Source: Cellulomonas sp.
GTDB taxonomy: Bacteria > Actinomycetota > Actinomycetes > Actinomycetales > Cellulomonadaceae
Assembly (NCBI RefSeq): GCF_036279715.1
Contig: NZ_DASUIR010000029.1
Coordinates: 6,781-70,780, forward strand
DNA length: 64,000 bases
Direction of reading: 5' to 3'
This document shows, one piece after another, positions 35,593 through 44,216 of the stretch; position 1 is the stretch's first letter, and each line of letters opens with the position of its first letter. The notes under the pieces were generated by a model that worked only from the letters and a program-made list of their open reading frames with translations, was not told the origin of the DNA and ran no database searches. A program made the translations under genes and the position numbers.

Positions 35593-37245
35593 ATGAGTCA
35601 CGTCGAGCTGTTCGCCCTCGTCGTGGGCGCCGTCGGGATCACCGCGTTGTGCCGCCGCTGGGGCTGGTCCCCGCCGCTGATCCTCGTCGCGACCGGGCTC
35701 GCGGTCTCGTTCGTCCCGGGGATGCCGCGCTTCGAGGTCGACTCGAAGATCATCCTCGAGTTCGTCCTGCCGCCCCTGCTGTACTCCGCGGCGCTGTCGA
35801 GCTCCTACCAGGACTTCCGCCGGTCGCGGAACTCGATCCTGCGGCTCGGCGTCGGTCTCGTGCTCGTGACCGCGGCCGCGGTCGCCGTGGTCGCGTGGGC
35901 TATCGTCCCCGAGCTGCCGATCACAGCGGCCCTCGTCCTCGGCGCGGTCGTCGCACCGCCGGACGCCGTGGCCGCGGTCGCCGTCGGTCGCAGGCTCGGC
36001 CTGCCGCGGCGGGTCATGACACTGCTCACGGGCGAGAGCCTGATCAACGACGCGACGTCGCTCACGCTGTACAAGGTCGCGATCGCGGGCGTCGCGACCG
36101 GGGCGGCCGTCCCGTCCACGGGCGTGCGCGTCTTCATGGTCGCGGTGCTGGTCGGCACCGGGCTCGGCCTCGTCATCGGCTGGGTCGTGCACCGGCTGCG
36201 GCTGCACCTCGACGACCCGGTGGTCGCGTCCACGATCGGGCTCCTCACGCCGTTCGCCGCCTACTGGGCCGCGGAGACCCTCGGCGGCTCGGGCGTCCTC
36301 GCGGTCGTCGCCGCGGGCCTCTACCTCGGCCACACCGCGCCCCAGGCGGGGTACGCGACGCGGCTGTACGAGACGCCCGTGTGGTCGACCGTCGACCTGC
36401 CGCTCGAGGCGTTCACGTTCGCTCTCATCGGCGTCCAGCTCAAGTGGGTCCTGGGCGACGTCATCGCGTCCGACCAGGGGCTCGGCATCGCGGTGGCGCT
36501 CTCGCTCGCCGTCCTCGCCACCGTGATCCTCGTCCGCCCGCTGTACGTGTTCGCGACCGCGCGCGTCGACCTGGTCCGACTGCGCGGCAGCCACCGCACG
36601 CCGCACGACGCGCTCGCGACCTCCGAGCACGCCGTCGTCTCCTGGGCGGGGATGCGCGGCGTCGTCACGCTTGCCGCCGCGGCTGCGATCCCCGCGACCG
36701 TCAACGGGGCACCGTTCCCCGCCCGCGCGACCCTCCAGCTCGTCGCCTACGCGGTCGCGATCGGGACCCTGCTGCTGCAGGGGCTCAGCCTGCCGTGGGT
36801 CATCCGGCGGCTGAGCGTCGAGGAGCACGACGACGCCGAGCGCGATGCGGCCCAGGAGGCCGCGCTGCGCCTCGCGACCGCGGCGGCCGCCCAGCGGGTC
36901 ATCGAGAGCAAGACGGCGGCGTGGTCGCGCGAGCTGGGTGAGTCGCAGGCCAAGGCTGTGACCGAGGCTCTCGTGCGCGCAGGAAACGTGCGCGCACAGG
37001 CCGCGGCTGCGATGCTTGACCCAACGCGCGGCGACGACGACCCTGCCCTCGCCGGTGCACCCGCCGCCCCGGTTCGAGGCAAGCGGGGCCACCGTCTTCG
37101 CCGCGAGATCCTCGCCGCCCAGCGCCGGGTGCTCGTCGCACGGCGCGACGCCGGCGAGCTCGATGAAGCAGTCATGCGGCGCGTGCTGCGGGAGCTCGAC
37201 CTCGAGGACGAGCGGATGTCCGCGTCGTGGCTCAACCGCGTGTGA
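35593..37245 (+). CDS. CPA1-family Na+/H+ antiporter
   Basis: FVLPPLLY, VAPPDAVA, GESLINDAT, SGVLAVV, GMRGVVTLAAA. GGAGG RBS. Confidence 0.93.
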   Translation: MSHVELFALVVGAVGITALCRRWGWSPPLILVATGLAVSFVPGMPRFEVDSKIILEFVLPPLLYSAALSSSYQDFRRSRNSILRLGVGLVLVTAAAVAVVAWAIVPELPITAALVLGAVVAPPDAVAAVAVGRRLGLPRRVMTLLTGESLINDATSLTLYKVAIAGVATGAAVPSTGVRVFMVAVLVGTGLGLVIGWVVHRLRLHLDDPVVASTIGLLTPFAAYWAAETLGGSGVLAVVAAGLYLGHTAPQAGYATRLYETPVWSTVDLPLEAFTFALIGVQLKWVLGDVIASDQGLGIAVALSLAVLATVILVRPLYVFATARVDLVRLRGSHRTPHDALATSEHAVVSWAGMRGVVTLAAAAAIPATVNGAPFPARATLQLVAYAVAIGTLLLQGLSLPWVIRRLSVEEHDDAERDAAQEAALRLATAAAAQRVIESKTAAWSRELGESQAKAVTEALVRAGNVRAQAAAAMLDPTRGDDDPALAGAPAAPVRGKRGHRLRREILAAQRRVLVARRDAGELDEAVMRRVLRELDLEDERMSASWLNRV

Positions 37246-37256
37246 TCTGCGCCACA
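37241..37256. promoter_or_regulatory. CRP/GlxR-like site upstream of adhE
   Basis: TGTGA-TCTGCG-CCACA, 9/10 match to TGTGA-N6-TCACA. Confidence 0.45.
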
Positions 37257-37354
37257 GGACTTTAGACACATCGAATCGGGCAATGCGTCGCATAGCCTTG
37301 TGCACGAGGTCAACGGAGATCTCGTTCACTCACCGACAACGTGGGGAGCACCCC

Positions 37355-40090
37355 GTGACCAGCTTGACCACCCCTGACGCCGCAATTGCTGGCGCCATCG
37401 ACCAGCTCGTCGAGGGCGCGAACAAGGCCCTCGCCGAATACGCACGGTTCACCCAGGAAGACATCGACCACATCGTGCGAAAGGCGTCCGTCGCGGCGCT
37501 GAACCAGCACGGTGAGCTCGCGCTCCTGGCGGTCAACGAGACCGGCCGCGGCGTGTTCGAGGACAAGGCCGTGAAGAACATCTTCGCGTGCGAGCACGTC
37601 ACCAACTCGATGTCGACGCTCAAGACGGTCGGCGTGATCCACCGCGACGACCTCGCGGGCATCATCGAGATCGCCGAGCCCGTTGGGGTCATCTGTGGCG
37701 TCACGCCCGTGACCAACCCGACGTCGACCGCGATCTTCAAGGCTCTCATCGCGCTCAAGACGCGCAACCCGATCGTCTTCGGGTTCCACCCGAGCGCGCA
37801 GCAGTCGTCGGTCGCCGCAGCTCGCGTCGTCCGCGACGCGGCCGTCGCCGCAGGCGCACCCGAGAACTGCATCCAGTGGGTCGAGGAGCCGTCGCTCGCC
37901 GCGACGTCCGCGCTCATGAACCACCCGGGCGTCGCACTCATCCTCGCGACCGGCGGCAACGCGATGGTCCGCGCCGCGTACTCGTGCGGCAAGCCGGCTC
38001 TCGGCGTCGGCGCCGGAAACGTCCCCGCATACATCGAGAAGACGGCCAAGCTCAAGCGGGCCGTCAATGACGTCGTCCTGTCGAAGGCATTTGATAACGG
38101 AATGATCTGCGCATCTGAGCAGGCCGTCATCATTGACGACGAGATCTATGACGCCGCGATGGCGGAGTTCGACGTCCTTCACGCCTACCGCGTGAACAAG
38201 AAGGAGAAGGCGCTCCTCGAGAAGTTCATCTTCGGCGTCGAGGCCAAGGGCAAGAACTGCGGCGAGGCCAAGCTCAACGCCTCGGTCGTCGGGCAGCTGC
38301 CCAGCTGGATCGCGGAGAAGGCCGGCTTCACTGTCCCGGCCGACACCTCGATCATCCTTGCCGAGGTCAGCGGGGTCGGGGCGGACGAGCCGCTGACCCG
38401 CGAGAAGCTGTGTCCCGTGCTCGCGGTGCTGCGCGCCAAGTCGACCGAGCAGGGTCTGACCTACGCCGAGCAGATGGTCGCGTTCGACGGCCTCGGCCAC
38501 TCGGGTGCGATCCACACGCAGGACGACGCGCTCATCGAGGAGTTCGGCAGCCGGGTCAAGGCGGTGCGCATCATCGTCAACGCGCCCTCGTCGCTCGGTG
38601 GCATCGGTGACATCTACAACTCGTTCATCCCGTCGCTGACCCTGGGTTGCGGCTCCTACGGCCACAACTCGGTCTCCAACAACGTCTCGGCGGTGAACCT
38701 GGTGAACATCAAGCGGATCGGTCGCCGCAACAACAACCTGCAGTGGTTCAAGGTCCCGGCCAAGACGTACTTCGAGCCGAACGCGATCCGCTACCTGTCC
38801 GACATGGCCGACGTCGAGCGCGTGACGATCGTCACCGACTCGACGATGACCACGCTGGGATTCGTCGACAAGATCATCGACGTCCTCAACCGCCGGTCGA
38901 ACAAGGTCGCGCTCCAGATCATCGACCAGGTCGAGCCGGAGCCGAGCGTCAAGACCGTGCAGGCCGGTGCCGCGCAGATGCGCCACTTCCGTCCCGACAC
39001 GATCATCGCCCTCGGTGGCGGTTCGCCGATGGATGCCGCGAAGGTCATGTGGCTGCTGTACGAGCACCCCGAGATGGTTTTCTCCGACCTCAAGCAGAAG
39101 TTCTTCGACGTGCGCAAGCGCGCGTTCAAGTTCCCGGTGCTGGGTGAGCTCGCCAAGCTCGTGTGCATCCCGACCACGTCGGGCACGGGCGCCGAGGTCA
39201 CGCCGTTCGCCGTCATCTCCGACCCGGAGACCGGCAAGAAGTACCCGCTCGCGGACTACGCGCTGACACCGACGGTCGCGATCATCGACCCGATCCTCAC
39301 CGCGAAGATGCCGCGCTCGCTCGCCGCCGACTCGGGCTTCGACGCCCTGACGCACGCGACCGAGGCCTACGTCAGCGTCTACGCGAACGACTTCACCGAC
39401 GGCATGGCGCTCCAGGCGATCCGCCTGATCTTCGACAACCTCGCACAGAGCGTCAACGGCGTCCCCGAGACCCCCGAGACCGCCGCGGCGCGCGAGAAGA
39501 TGCACAACGCCGGGACGATCGCGGGCATGGCGTTCGGCAACGCGTTCCTCGGGATCGTGCACGCCATGGCGCACGTCGTCGGCTCGACGTTCCACCTGGT
39601 GCACGGCCGCACGAACGCGACCCTGCTCCCGCACGTCATCCGCTACAACGGGACCGTGCCGACCAAGCTCACGAGCTGGCCGAAGTACGAGAGCTACGTC
39701 GCGCCGGAGCGGTTCCAGCAGATCGCGGCGATGCTCGGCCTGCCGGCGACGACACCGGCCGAGGGTGTCGAGTCCTACGCCCTCGCGGTCGAGTCGCTGC
39801 GGGCGAAGGTCGGGATCCCCGCGTCGTTCCAGGCGCAGGGTGTCGACGAGCAGGACTTCATCGGTCGCCTCGACGAGGTCGCGATGGGCGCCTACGAGGA
39901 CCAGTGCGCACCCGCCAACCCGCGGATGCCCATGCTGGCCGACATGAAGGACATCATGACCGCGGCGTACTACGGCACGTCGCTGGGCGAGGTGCGCAGC
40001 CGCCGGGAGCTCCCGGCCGCCGTCGCCGAGGTCGCCGAGCCCGCCGCCGAGGCCGCTGCCTCGACCGAGGGTGATGTCGTCACGGCCTGA
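37355..40090 (+). CDS. adhE: bifunctional acetaldehyde-CoA/alcohol dehydrogenase
   Basis: ALDH domain (VTPVTNPTST, ATGGNAMV, GVGAGN, DNGMICASEQ, EKLCP) fused to Fe-ADH (ALGGGSPMD, TTSGTGAE, GFDALTHATE, HAMAH, HGRTNA). GTG at 37355 after GGGAG. Confidence 0.98.
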   Translation: MTSLTTPDAAIAGAIDQLVEGANKALAEYARFTQEDIDHIVRKASVAALNQHGELALLAVNETGRGVFEDKAVKNIFACEHVTNSMSTLKTVGVIHRDDLAGIIEIAEPVGVICGVTPVTNPTSTAIFKALIALKTRNPIVFGFHPSAQQSSVAAARVVRDAAVAAGAPENCIQWVEEPSLAATSALMNHPGVALILATGGNAMVRAAYSCGKPALGVGAGNVPAYIEKTAKLKRAVNDVVLSKAFDNGMICASEQAVIIDDEIYDAAMAEFDVLHAYRVNKKEKALLEKFIFGVEAKGKNCGEAKLNASVVGQLPSWIAEKAGFTVPADTSIILAEVSGVGADEPLTREKLCPVLAVLRAKSTEQGLTYAEQMVAFDGLGHSGAIHTQDDALIEEFGSRVKAVRIIVNAPSSLGGIGDIYNSFIPSLTLGCGSYGHNSVSNNVSAVNLVNIKRIGRRNNNLQWFKVPAKTYFEPNAIRYLSDMADVERVTIVTDSTMTTLGFVDKIIDVLNRRSNKVALQIIDQVEPEPSVKTVQAGAAQMRHFRPDTIIALGGGSPMDAAKVMWLLYEHPEMVFSDLKQKFFDVRKRAFKFPVLGELAKLVCIPTTSGTGAEVTPFAVISDPETGKKYPLADYALTPTVAIIDPILTAKMPRSLAADSGFDALTHATEAYVSVYANDFTDGMALQAIRLIFDNLAQSVNGVPETPETAAAREKMHNAGTIAGMAFGNAFLGIVHAMAHVVGSTFHLVHGRTNATLLPHVIRYNGTVPTKLTSWPKYESYVAPERFQQIAAMLGLPATTPAEGVESYALAVESLRAKVGIPASFQAQGVDEQDFIGRLDEVAMGAYEDQCAPANPRMPMLADMKDIMTAAYYGTSLGEVRSRRELPAAVAEVAEPAAEAAASTEGDVVTA

Positions 40091-40106
40091 CACCTCAGCG
40101 CCTGAC

Positions 40107-40148
40107 CGAGCGCCCCGCCCCGCAGATCGCTGCGGTGCGGGGCGCTCG
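40107..40148 (+). terminator. hairpin downstream of adhE
   Basis: CGAGCGCCCCGC-C-CCGCAG-ATCG-CTGCGG-T-GCGGGGCGCTCG. Confidence 0.8.
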
Positions 40149-40243
40149 CACGTCCGGGGCGCGCACCGCCGGTGGTCCGGCGCGATCGACGAGGCACACT
40201 GGTCCGAGCAGAACCCCTTCCCCGACGTCTTCAGGAGGCGCCC

Positions 40244-40771
40244 ATGCGCATCGCGACCACACTGCCCGCACGTACGACGGCAACGCTGGGTGCGTGCGTC
40301 CTCGGCCTGACGGTGGCCCTCGCCGGATGCTCCGACGTGCGCGACCAGGCCGGCGCGCTGACCACGCAGGCGCAGTCCGCAGTCGCGAGTGCGCGGGCCC
40401 TCGCCGACGGCTTCGCGGCGCAGGTCGACAAGGCACGAGCGGACCTGGCGACGGCGCGGACCGCGATCGACGACGCCAAAGCCCAGCTCGGCTCGCTCGA
40501 CACGACGTCGCGCGCCACCGCCCAGCAGGCGGTCGACCAGGCCACGGCTGCCCTCGACTCGGCCAAGACCGCGCTCGACGCGGCGTCCGCCGACGGCGCC
40601 GGACCGGCCGCCGACCAGCTCGCCGCCGCCCAGAGCGCTCTCGACGCCGCGCGCACGAAGCTCGACGCCGCCGCCGCCTCGACCGACGGTGCCGCCCGCA
40701 CCGCGATGGACGCGCTGGCCGCGCAGGTCGAGGCGCTGCGCGTCGAGGTCGAGAAGGCCACGACGCCCTGA
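40244..40771 (+). CDS. Ala-rich putative lipoprotein, coiled-coil
   Basis: AGGAGG RBS, signal peptide with LAGC lipobox, then an almost entirely amphipathic Ala/Asp/Thr-rich sequence. Confidence 0.8.
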   Translation: MRIATTLPARTTATLGACVLGLTVALAGCSDVRDQAGALTTQAQSAVASARALADGFAAQVDKARADLATARTAIDDAKAQLGSLDTTSRATAQQAVDQATAALDSAKTALDAASADGAGPAADQLAAAQSALDAARTKLDAAAASTDGAARTAMDALAAQVEALRVEVEKATTP

Positions 40772-40858
40772 GGTCTGCCCCGGCCGCCGCCGGGTGAAAT
40801 CAAGGATCAGCCGCGGCAACTGTTGTCTCTCGTGCAGCCGCTGCCGATCCTCAGAGGT

Positions 40859-40987
40859 ATGACCACCATCCGGCCCCCGGAGCGCATGACGCGCCACCAT
40901 CACCTCGAGTGGTGGGTGGTGACGGCCTGGGGATCGATCGCCCTGGTGGTGGCGGCGGGCGTCGCGGCCGCCGCTGGCGTGGGCTGA
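40859..40987 (+). CDS. putative small membrane protein (42 aa), not in ORF track
   Basis: MTTIRPPERMTRHHHLEWWVVTAWGSIALVVAAGVAAAAGVG. GC-rich third positions, one hydrophobic stretch, GATCCT 7 nt before the ATG. Confidence 0.55.
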   Translation: MTTIRPPERMTRHHHLEWWVVTAWGSIALVVAAGVAAAAGVG

Positions 40988-41012
40988 GGACCACCCTCGA
41001 CCCAGCCACGGC

Positions 41013-42245
41013 TCAGGTGGTCCAGCCGCCCGAGCGATAGGCCGGGGTCGCCAGAGCGAGCACGAGCAGGGCCGCCAACGACGCGCCCGCCATGACGCCC
41101 GTCATCGCCAGCGTGGTGCCGCCCAGGACGCCGACGAGCGGGGCGACGGTCCCGGACACGAGCGCCTGCGTCCCGCCGATGAACGCCGCCGCGGTCCCGG
41201 CCATCTCACCGTGCCGGCCGAGCGCGAGCGCCGAGGCGTTGGGGGGTGTGACGTTGACGAGCGCGAGCGCGAGCCACAGGACGACGAGCAGCGCAGGCAG
41301 GCCGCCCGCTCCGGTGACGCCCACGGCAAGGAGCACGAGGCCGAGACCGAGCGACACCGGCACGATGACGCGGATGATCCGGATCGGCGCATAGCGGCGG
41401 ACGAGCCACGCGTTGACCTGTGCCCCGCCGACGAGGCCCATGCCGTTGACCGCGAACAGCAGCGCGAACTGGTTCGCGGACAGCCCGTACCCCTCACGCA
41501 GCACGAACGGTGACCCGACCACGTAGCTCATGAGCCCCGCCGCGCCCAGACCCGGCAGCACGGCGAGGGCGAGGAAGTGCCGGTCGCGCAGCAGCGCCCG
41601 GTAGCCCGCGAGCGCCGTCCTCAGGCCGCCGTCGCGCCGCCGATCCCCTGGCAGCGTCTCGGGGAGCCTGCGCCACACGACGACCCACAGCCCGACACCG
41701 AACACCGCGAGCGCGACGAACACGCCGCGCCAGCCGACCTGACCCGCGATGAGACCGCCGATGCTCGGGGCGAACAGCGGTGCGACCCCGATGACGAGCA
41801 TCAGCCGGGACAGCAGCCTCGATGCGTCGGACCCGACGAACCGGTCCCGGATGACGGCCATCGCCACGACGGACGCCGAGGCGTTGAAGAAGCCCTGCGC
41901 CACGCGAAGCGCGACGAGCGGCAGGATCCCGGGGGCGATGGCGCACAGCAGTGACGTCAGGACGTGCAGCGCGATGCCGACGAGGACGGGCCCCCGCCGC
42001 CCGAACCGGTCCGACATCGGGCCGATGACGAGCTGTCCGACGGCGCCGCCGATGAGCATGCCGGTCATCGTCAGCTGGACGGCCGCGGTCCCTGTGCCGA
42101 GGTCGCGCGCCACGTCCGGCAGGGACGGCAGGTAGATGTCGGTCGAGACCGCCGGGAGGGCTGCCATCGAGCCGAGCAGCAGGACGTACCTGGCATGCGG
42201 GCGGTACACCGGCGTAGGCGTGACCGCGGGGGTGCTGGTGCTCAT
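41013..42245 (-). CDS. Bcr/CflA-family (DHA1) multidrug MFS transporter
   Basis: STDIYLPSLP, GQLVIGPMSDRFGRR, LRVAQG, IRDRF, APSIGG. Confidence 0.94.
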   Translation of the reverse strand: MSTSTPAVTPTPVYRPHARYVLLLGSMAALPAVSTDIYLPSLPDVARDLGTGTAAVQLTMTGMLIGGAVGQLVIGPMSDRFGRRGPVLVGIALHVLTSLLCAIAPGILPLVALRVAQGFFNASASVVAMAVIRDRFVGSDASRLLSRLMLVIGVAPLFAPSIGGLIAGQVGWRGVFVALAVFGVGLWVVVWRRLPETLPGDRRRDGGLRTALAGYRALLRDRHFLALAVLPGLGAAGLMSYVVGSPFVLREGYGLSANQFALLFAVNGMGLVGGAQVNAWLVRRYAPIRIIRVIVPVSLGLGLVLLAVGVTGAGGLPALLVVLWLALALVNVTPPNASALALGRHGEMAGTAAAFIGGTQALVSGTVAPLVGVLGGTTLAMTGVMAGASLAALLVLALATPAYRSGGWTT

Positions 42246-42328
42246 CGCCGCCGATCATCCCACCGTGACGAACGCGACGCGAATCGATTCGACACGCACG
42301 TGTCCGGGGTCTGCGAGAGGCTGTGGCC

Positions 42329-43063
42329 ATGTGTGGTCGGTATGCCTCGTTCCGAGAGGACCAGCAGATCGCCGACGAGTTCGCGATCGCGTCGGTCGCC
42401 GACGACGTGCACCTCCTGCCGCCGTCGTGGAACCTCGCGCCCACCGACCCGGTCCGCATCGTCGTCGACCGCCCCGAGCGCCTCGAGGACGGCTCGCGGG
42501 GCGCGCTCACGCGGCAGCTGCGCACCGCACGCTGGGGCTTGGTGCCGTCGTGGGCGAAGGACCCGTCGATCGGCAACCGGCTGATCAACGCGCGCGTCGA
42601 GAACCTGCTCGACAAGCCCGCGTTCAAGCGCCCGTTCGCGCTGCGCCGGGCGCTGCTCCCCGCGGACGGCTACTACGAGTGGCAGGTCCCCGAGCCGGGT
42701 GCACCGACCCGGACCAAGCAGCCCTACTACCTGCACCCGCCCGACGGCGGACCGCTCGCGCTCGCCGGGCTCTACGAGTTCTGGAAGGACCCGACCAAGG
42801 ACGACGACGACCCGACGCGCTGGCTCGTGTCAGCAACGATCATCACGACCGCGGCGACCGGGGAGCTGGCGCGCATCCACGACCGTCGCCCGCTGATGCT
42901 CCGGCGAGACGTGTGGGATGCGTGGCTCGACCCCGCGGTCGACGCCGCAGGGGCCATGGAGCTCGTGCTCGGTCCGGCGCCCGAGGTCGTCGCGACGCCG
43001 ATCTCGACGGCAGTCAACTCGGTCGCCAACGACGGTCCGGAGCTCATCCGCCCGGTCGACTGA
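42329..43063 (+). CDS. SOS response-associated peptidase (SRAP/YedK/HMCES, abasic-site crosslinking)
   Basis: N-terminal MCGRY, WNLAPT, ARWGLVPSW, INARVE, DGYYEW, IHDRRP. Confidence 0.95.
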   Translation: MCGRYASFREDQQIADEFAIASVADDVHLLPPSWNLAPTDPVRIVVDRPERLEDGSRGALTRQLRTARWGLVPSWAKDPSIGNRLINARVENLLDKPAFKRPFALRRALLPADGYYEWQVPEPGAPTRTKQPYYLHPPDGGPLALAGLYEFWKDPTKDDDDPTRWLVSATIITTAATGELARIHDRRPLMLRRDVWDAWLDPAVDAAGAMELVLGPAPEVVATPISTAVNSVANDGPELIRPVD

Positions 43064-43079
43064 CGCGGGCCGGGCGAGG

Positions 43080-44216
43080 TCACGCCGAGCGCAGCAGCAC
43101 CGGCGCGATGGGCCCGATCCCCGCGAGCTCGCGCTCGGGCAGCGTCTCGACGACGAACCGGGCGTCCCGGGCGAGAAGCTCCCCCGTCGCGGTGTCGGTG
43201 AGCACGGCGCTCGGGTCGGCGATGTCCGTCAGCCGGGCGGCGAGGTTGACCGAGGGGCCGAACACGTCTCCGAACCGGGACAGCACCCGCCCCCACACGA
43301 ACCCGACCCGCACGGGCGTCACGCCGCGTGCTCCCTCGGCCAGCCCTCCGGCGGCCTGCTCGAGCTCGACGTCGAGCTCTCCGCCCAGCTCCCGGGCGAG
43401 CCCGAGCGCCACGCGTGCGCCCGTGACCACGTCGTCGGCGACGAAAAGGACGGCGTCACCGATCGTCTTGACCACGCGGCCGCCCGCATTCGTGACGACG
43501 TTCCGCGCGGCGTACTCGAACCGCTGCACGAACTCCGAGAGGTCGGTCGAGCCGAGACCCGCGGTCCGGCGGGTGAACGAGACCATGTCGGCGAACCCGA
43601 CGGCCCGGGCGAGCGGCAGGCCCTCCCGGTCGGCGCCGGACGTGCGCTGCTCGCTGTAGTCGGCGGCGAGCCGTCCGGCGATCGCGGCGAGCTGGCGGCG
43701 CCAGGCGTGCACGAGCTGCGCCTCGAGCAGGGGTGCCAGGTCGGCGAGCCGGTCGAGGACGAGCAGCCGGGCGCTCGTGTCGTCGAGCCCGTACCGGGTC
43801 GCCATGTCCTCGACGAGCGCCTCGACCTGCCACAGCGCGAGCCGGTCGGCGGTGTGCCCGAGCGCGCGGGTCAACGACGACGCGGTCCGCAACGTGAACC
43901 CGCGCTCGCGGATCATCCGCGACACGCGCGCGACCGCGTCGGCGTCCTGCTCGGTGAACACCACGTCGTCCGCCTCGGGGTGCGGCAGCCCCAGCGTCTG
44001 CCAGTACAGCCGCACGAAGTCGAGCGGCGCGTCGATCCGGCTCGCGAGGTCCCGCAGGGTCAGCGTGCGCGGTCCGCCGAGCAGCACGTCGTCCAGCTCG
44101 GCGAGGGTCGAGGCGGCCGCTCCTGCGGGTGTCGACGTGGCGTCGGTCGGTGTTCCGTCGGGGGGCGGCGAGGCGGCGGCATCCGCGGCAGTCGGCACCT
44201 CTGGAGGGTAGTTCAC
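43080..44216 (-). CDS. class III adenylate cyclase with N-terminal regulatory domain (Rv2212/Rv1264-like)
   Basis: VGFADMVSFT, VKTIGDAVLF, DVFGPSVNLAARL catalytic motifs; N-terminal YWQTLGLP...FTEQD. Confidence 0.92.
   Translation of the reverse strand: MNYPPEVPTAADAAASPPPDGTPTDATSTPAGAAASTLAELDDVLLGGPRTLTLRDLASRIDAPLDFVRLYWQTLGLPHPEADDVVFTEQDADAVARVSRMIRERGFTLRTASSLTRALGHTADRLALWQVEALVEDMATRYGLDDTSARLLVLDRLADLAPLLEAQLVHAWRRQLAAIAGRLAADYSEQRTSGADREGLPLARAVGFADMVSFTRRTAGLGSTDLSEFVQRFEYAARNVVTNAGGRVVKTIGDAVLFVADDVVTGARVALGLARELGGELDVELEQAAGGLAEGARGVTPVRVGFVWGRVLSRFGDVFGPSVNLAARLTDIADPSAVLTDTATGELLARDARFVVETLPERELAGIGPIAPVLLRSA

Noticed and set aside
35400-41000. Active genomic island or prophage at tRNA-Arg
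   Set aside because: No integrase or transposase, no duplicated tRNA 3' end, and no overall GC shift seen in the window.
42265-42295. LexA/SOS box upstream of the SRAP gene
   Set aside because: The palindrome has CGAA-N4-TTCG spacing rather than CGAAC-N4-GTTCG.
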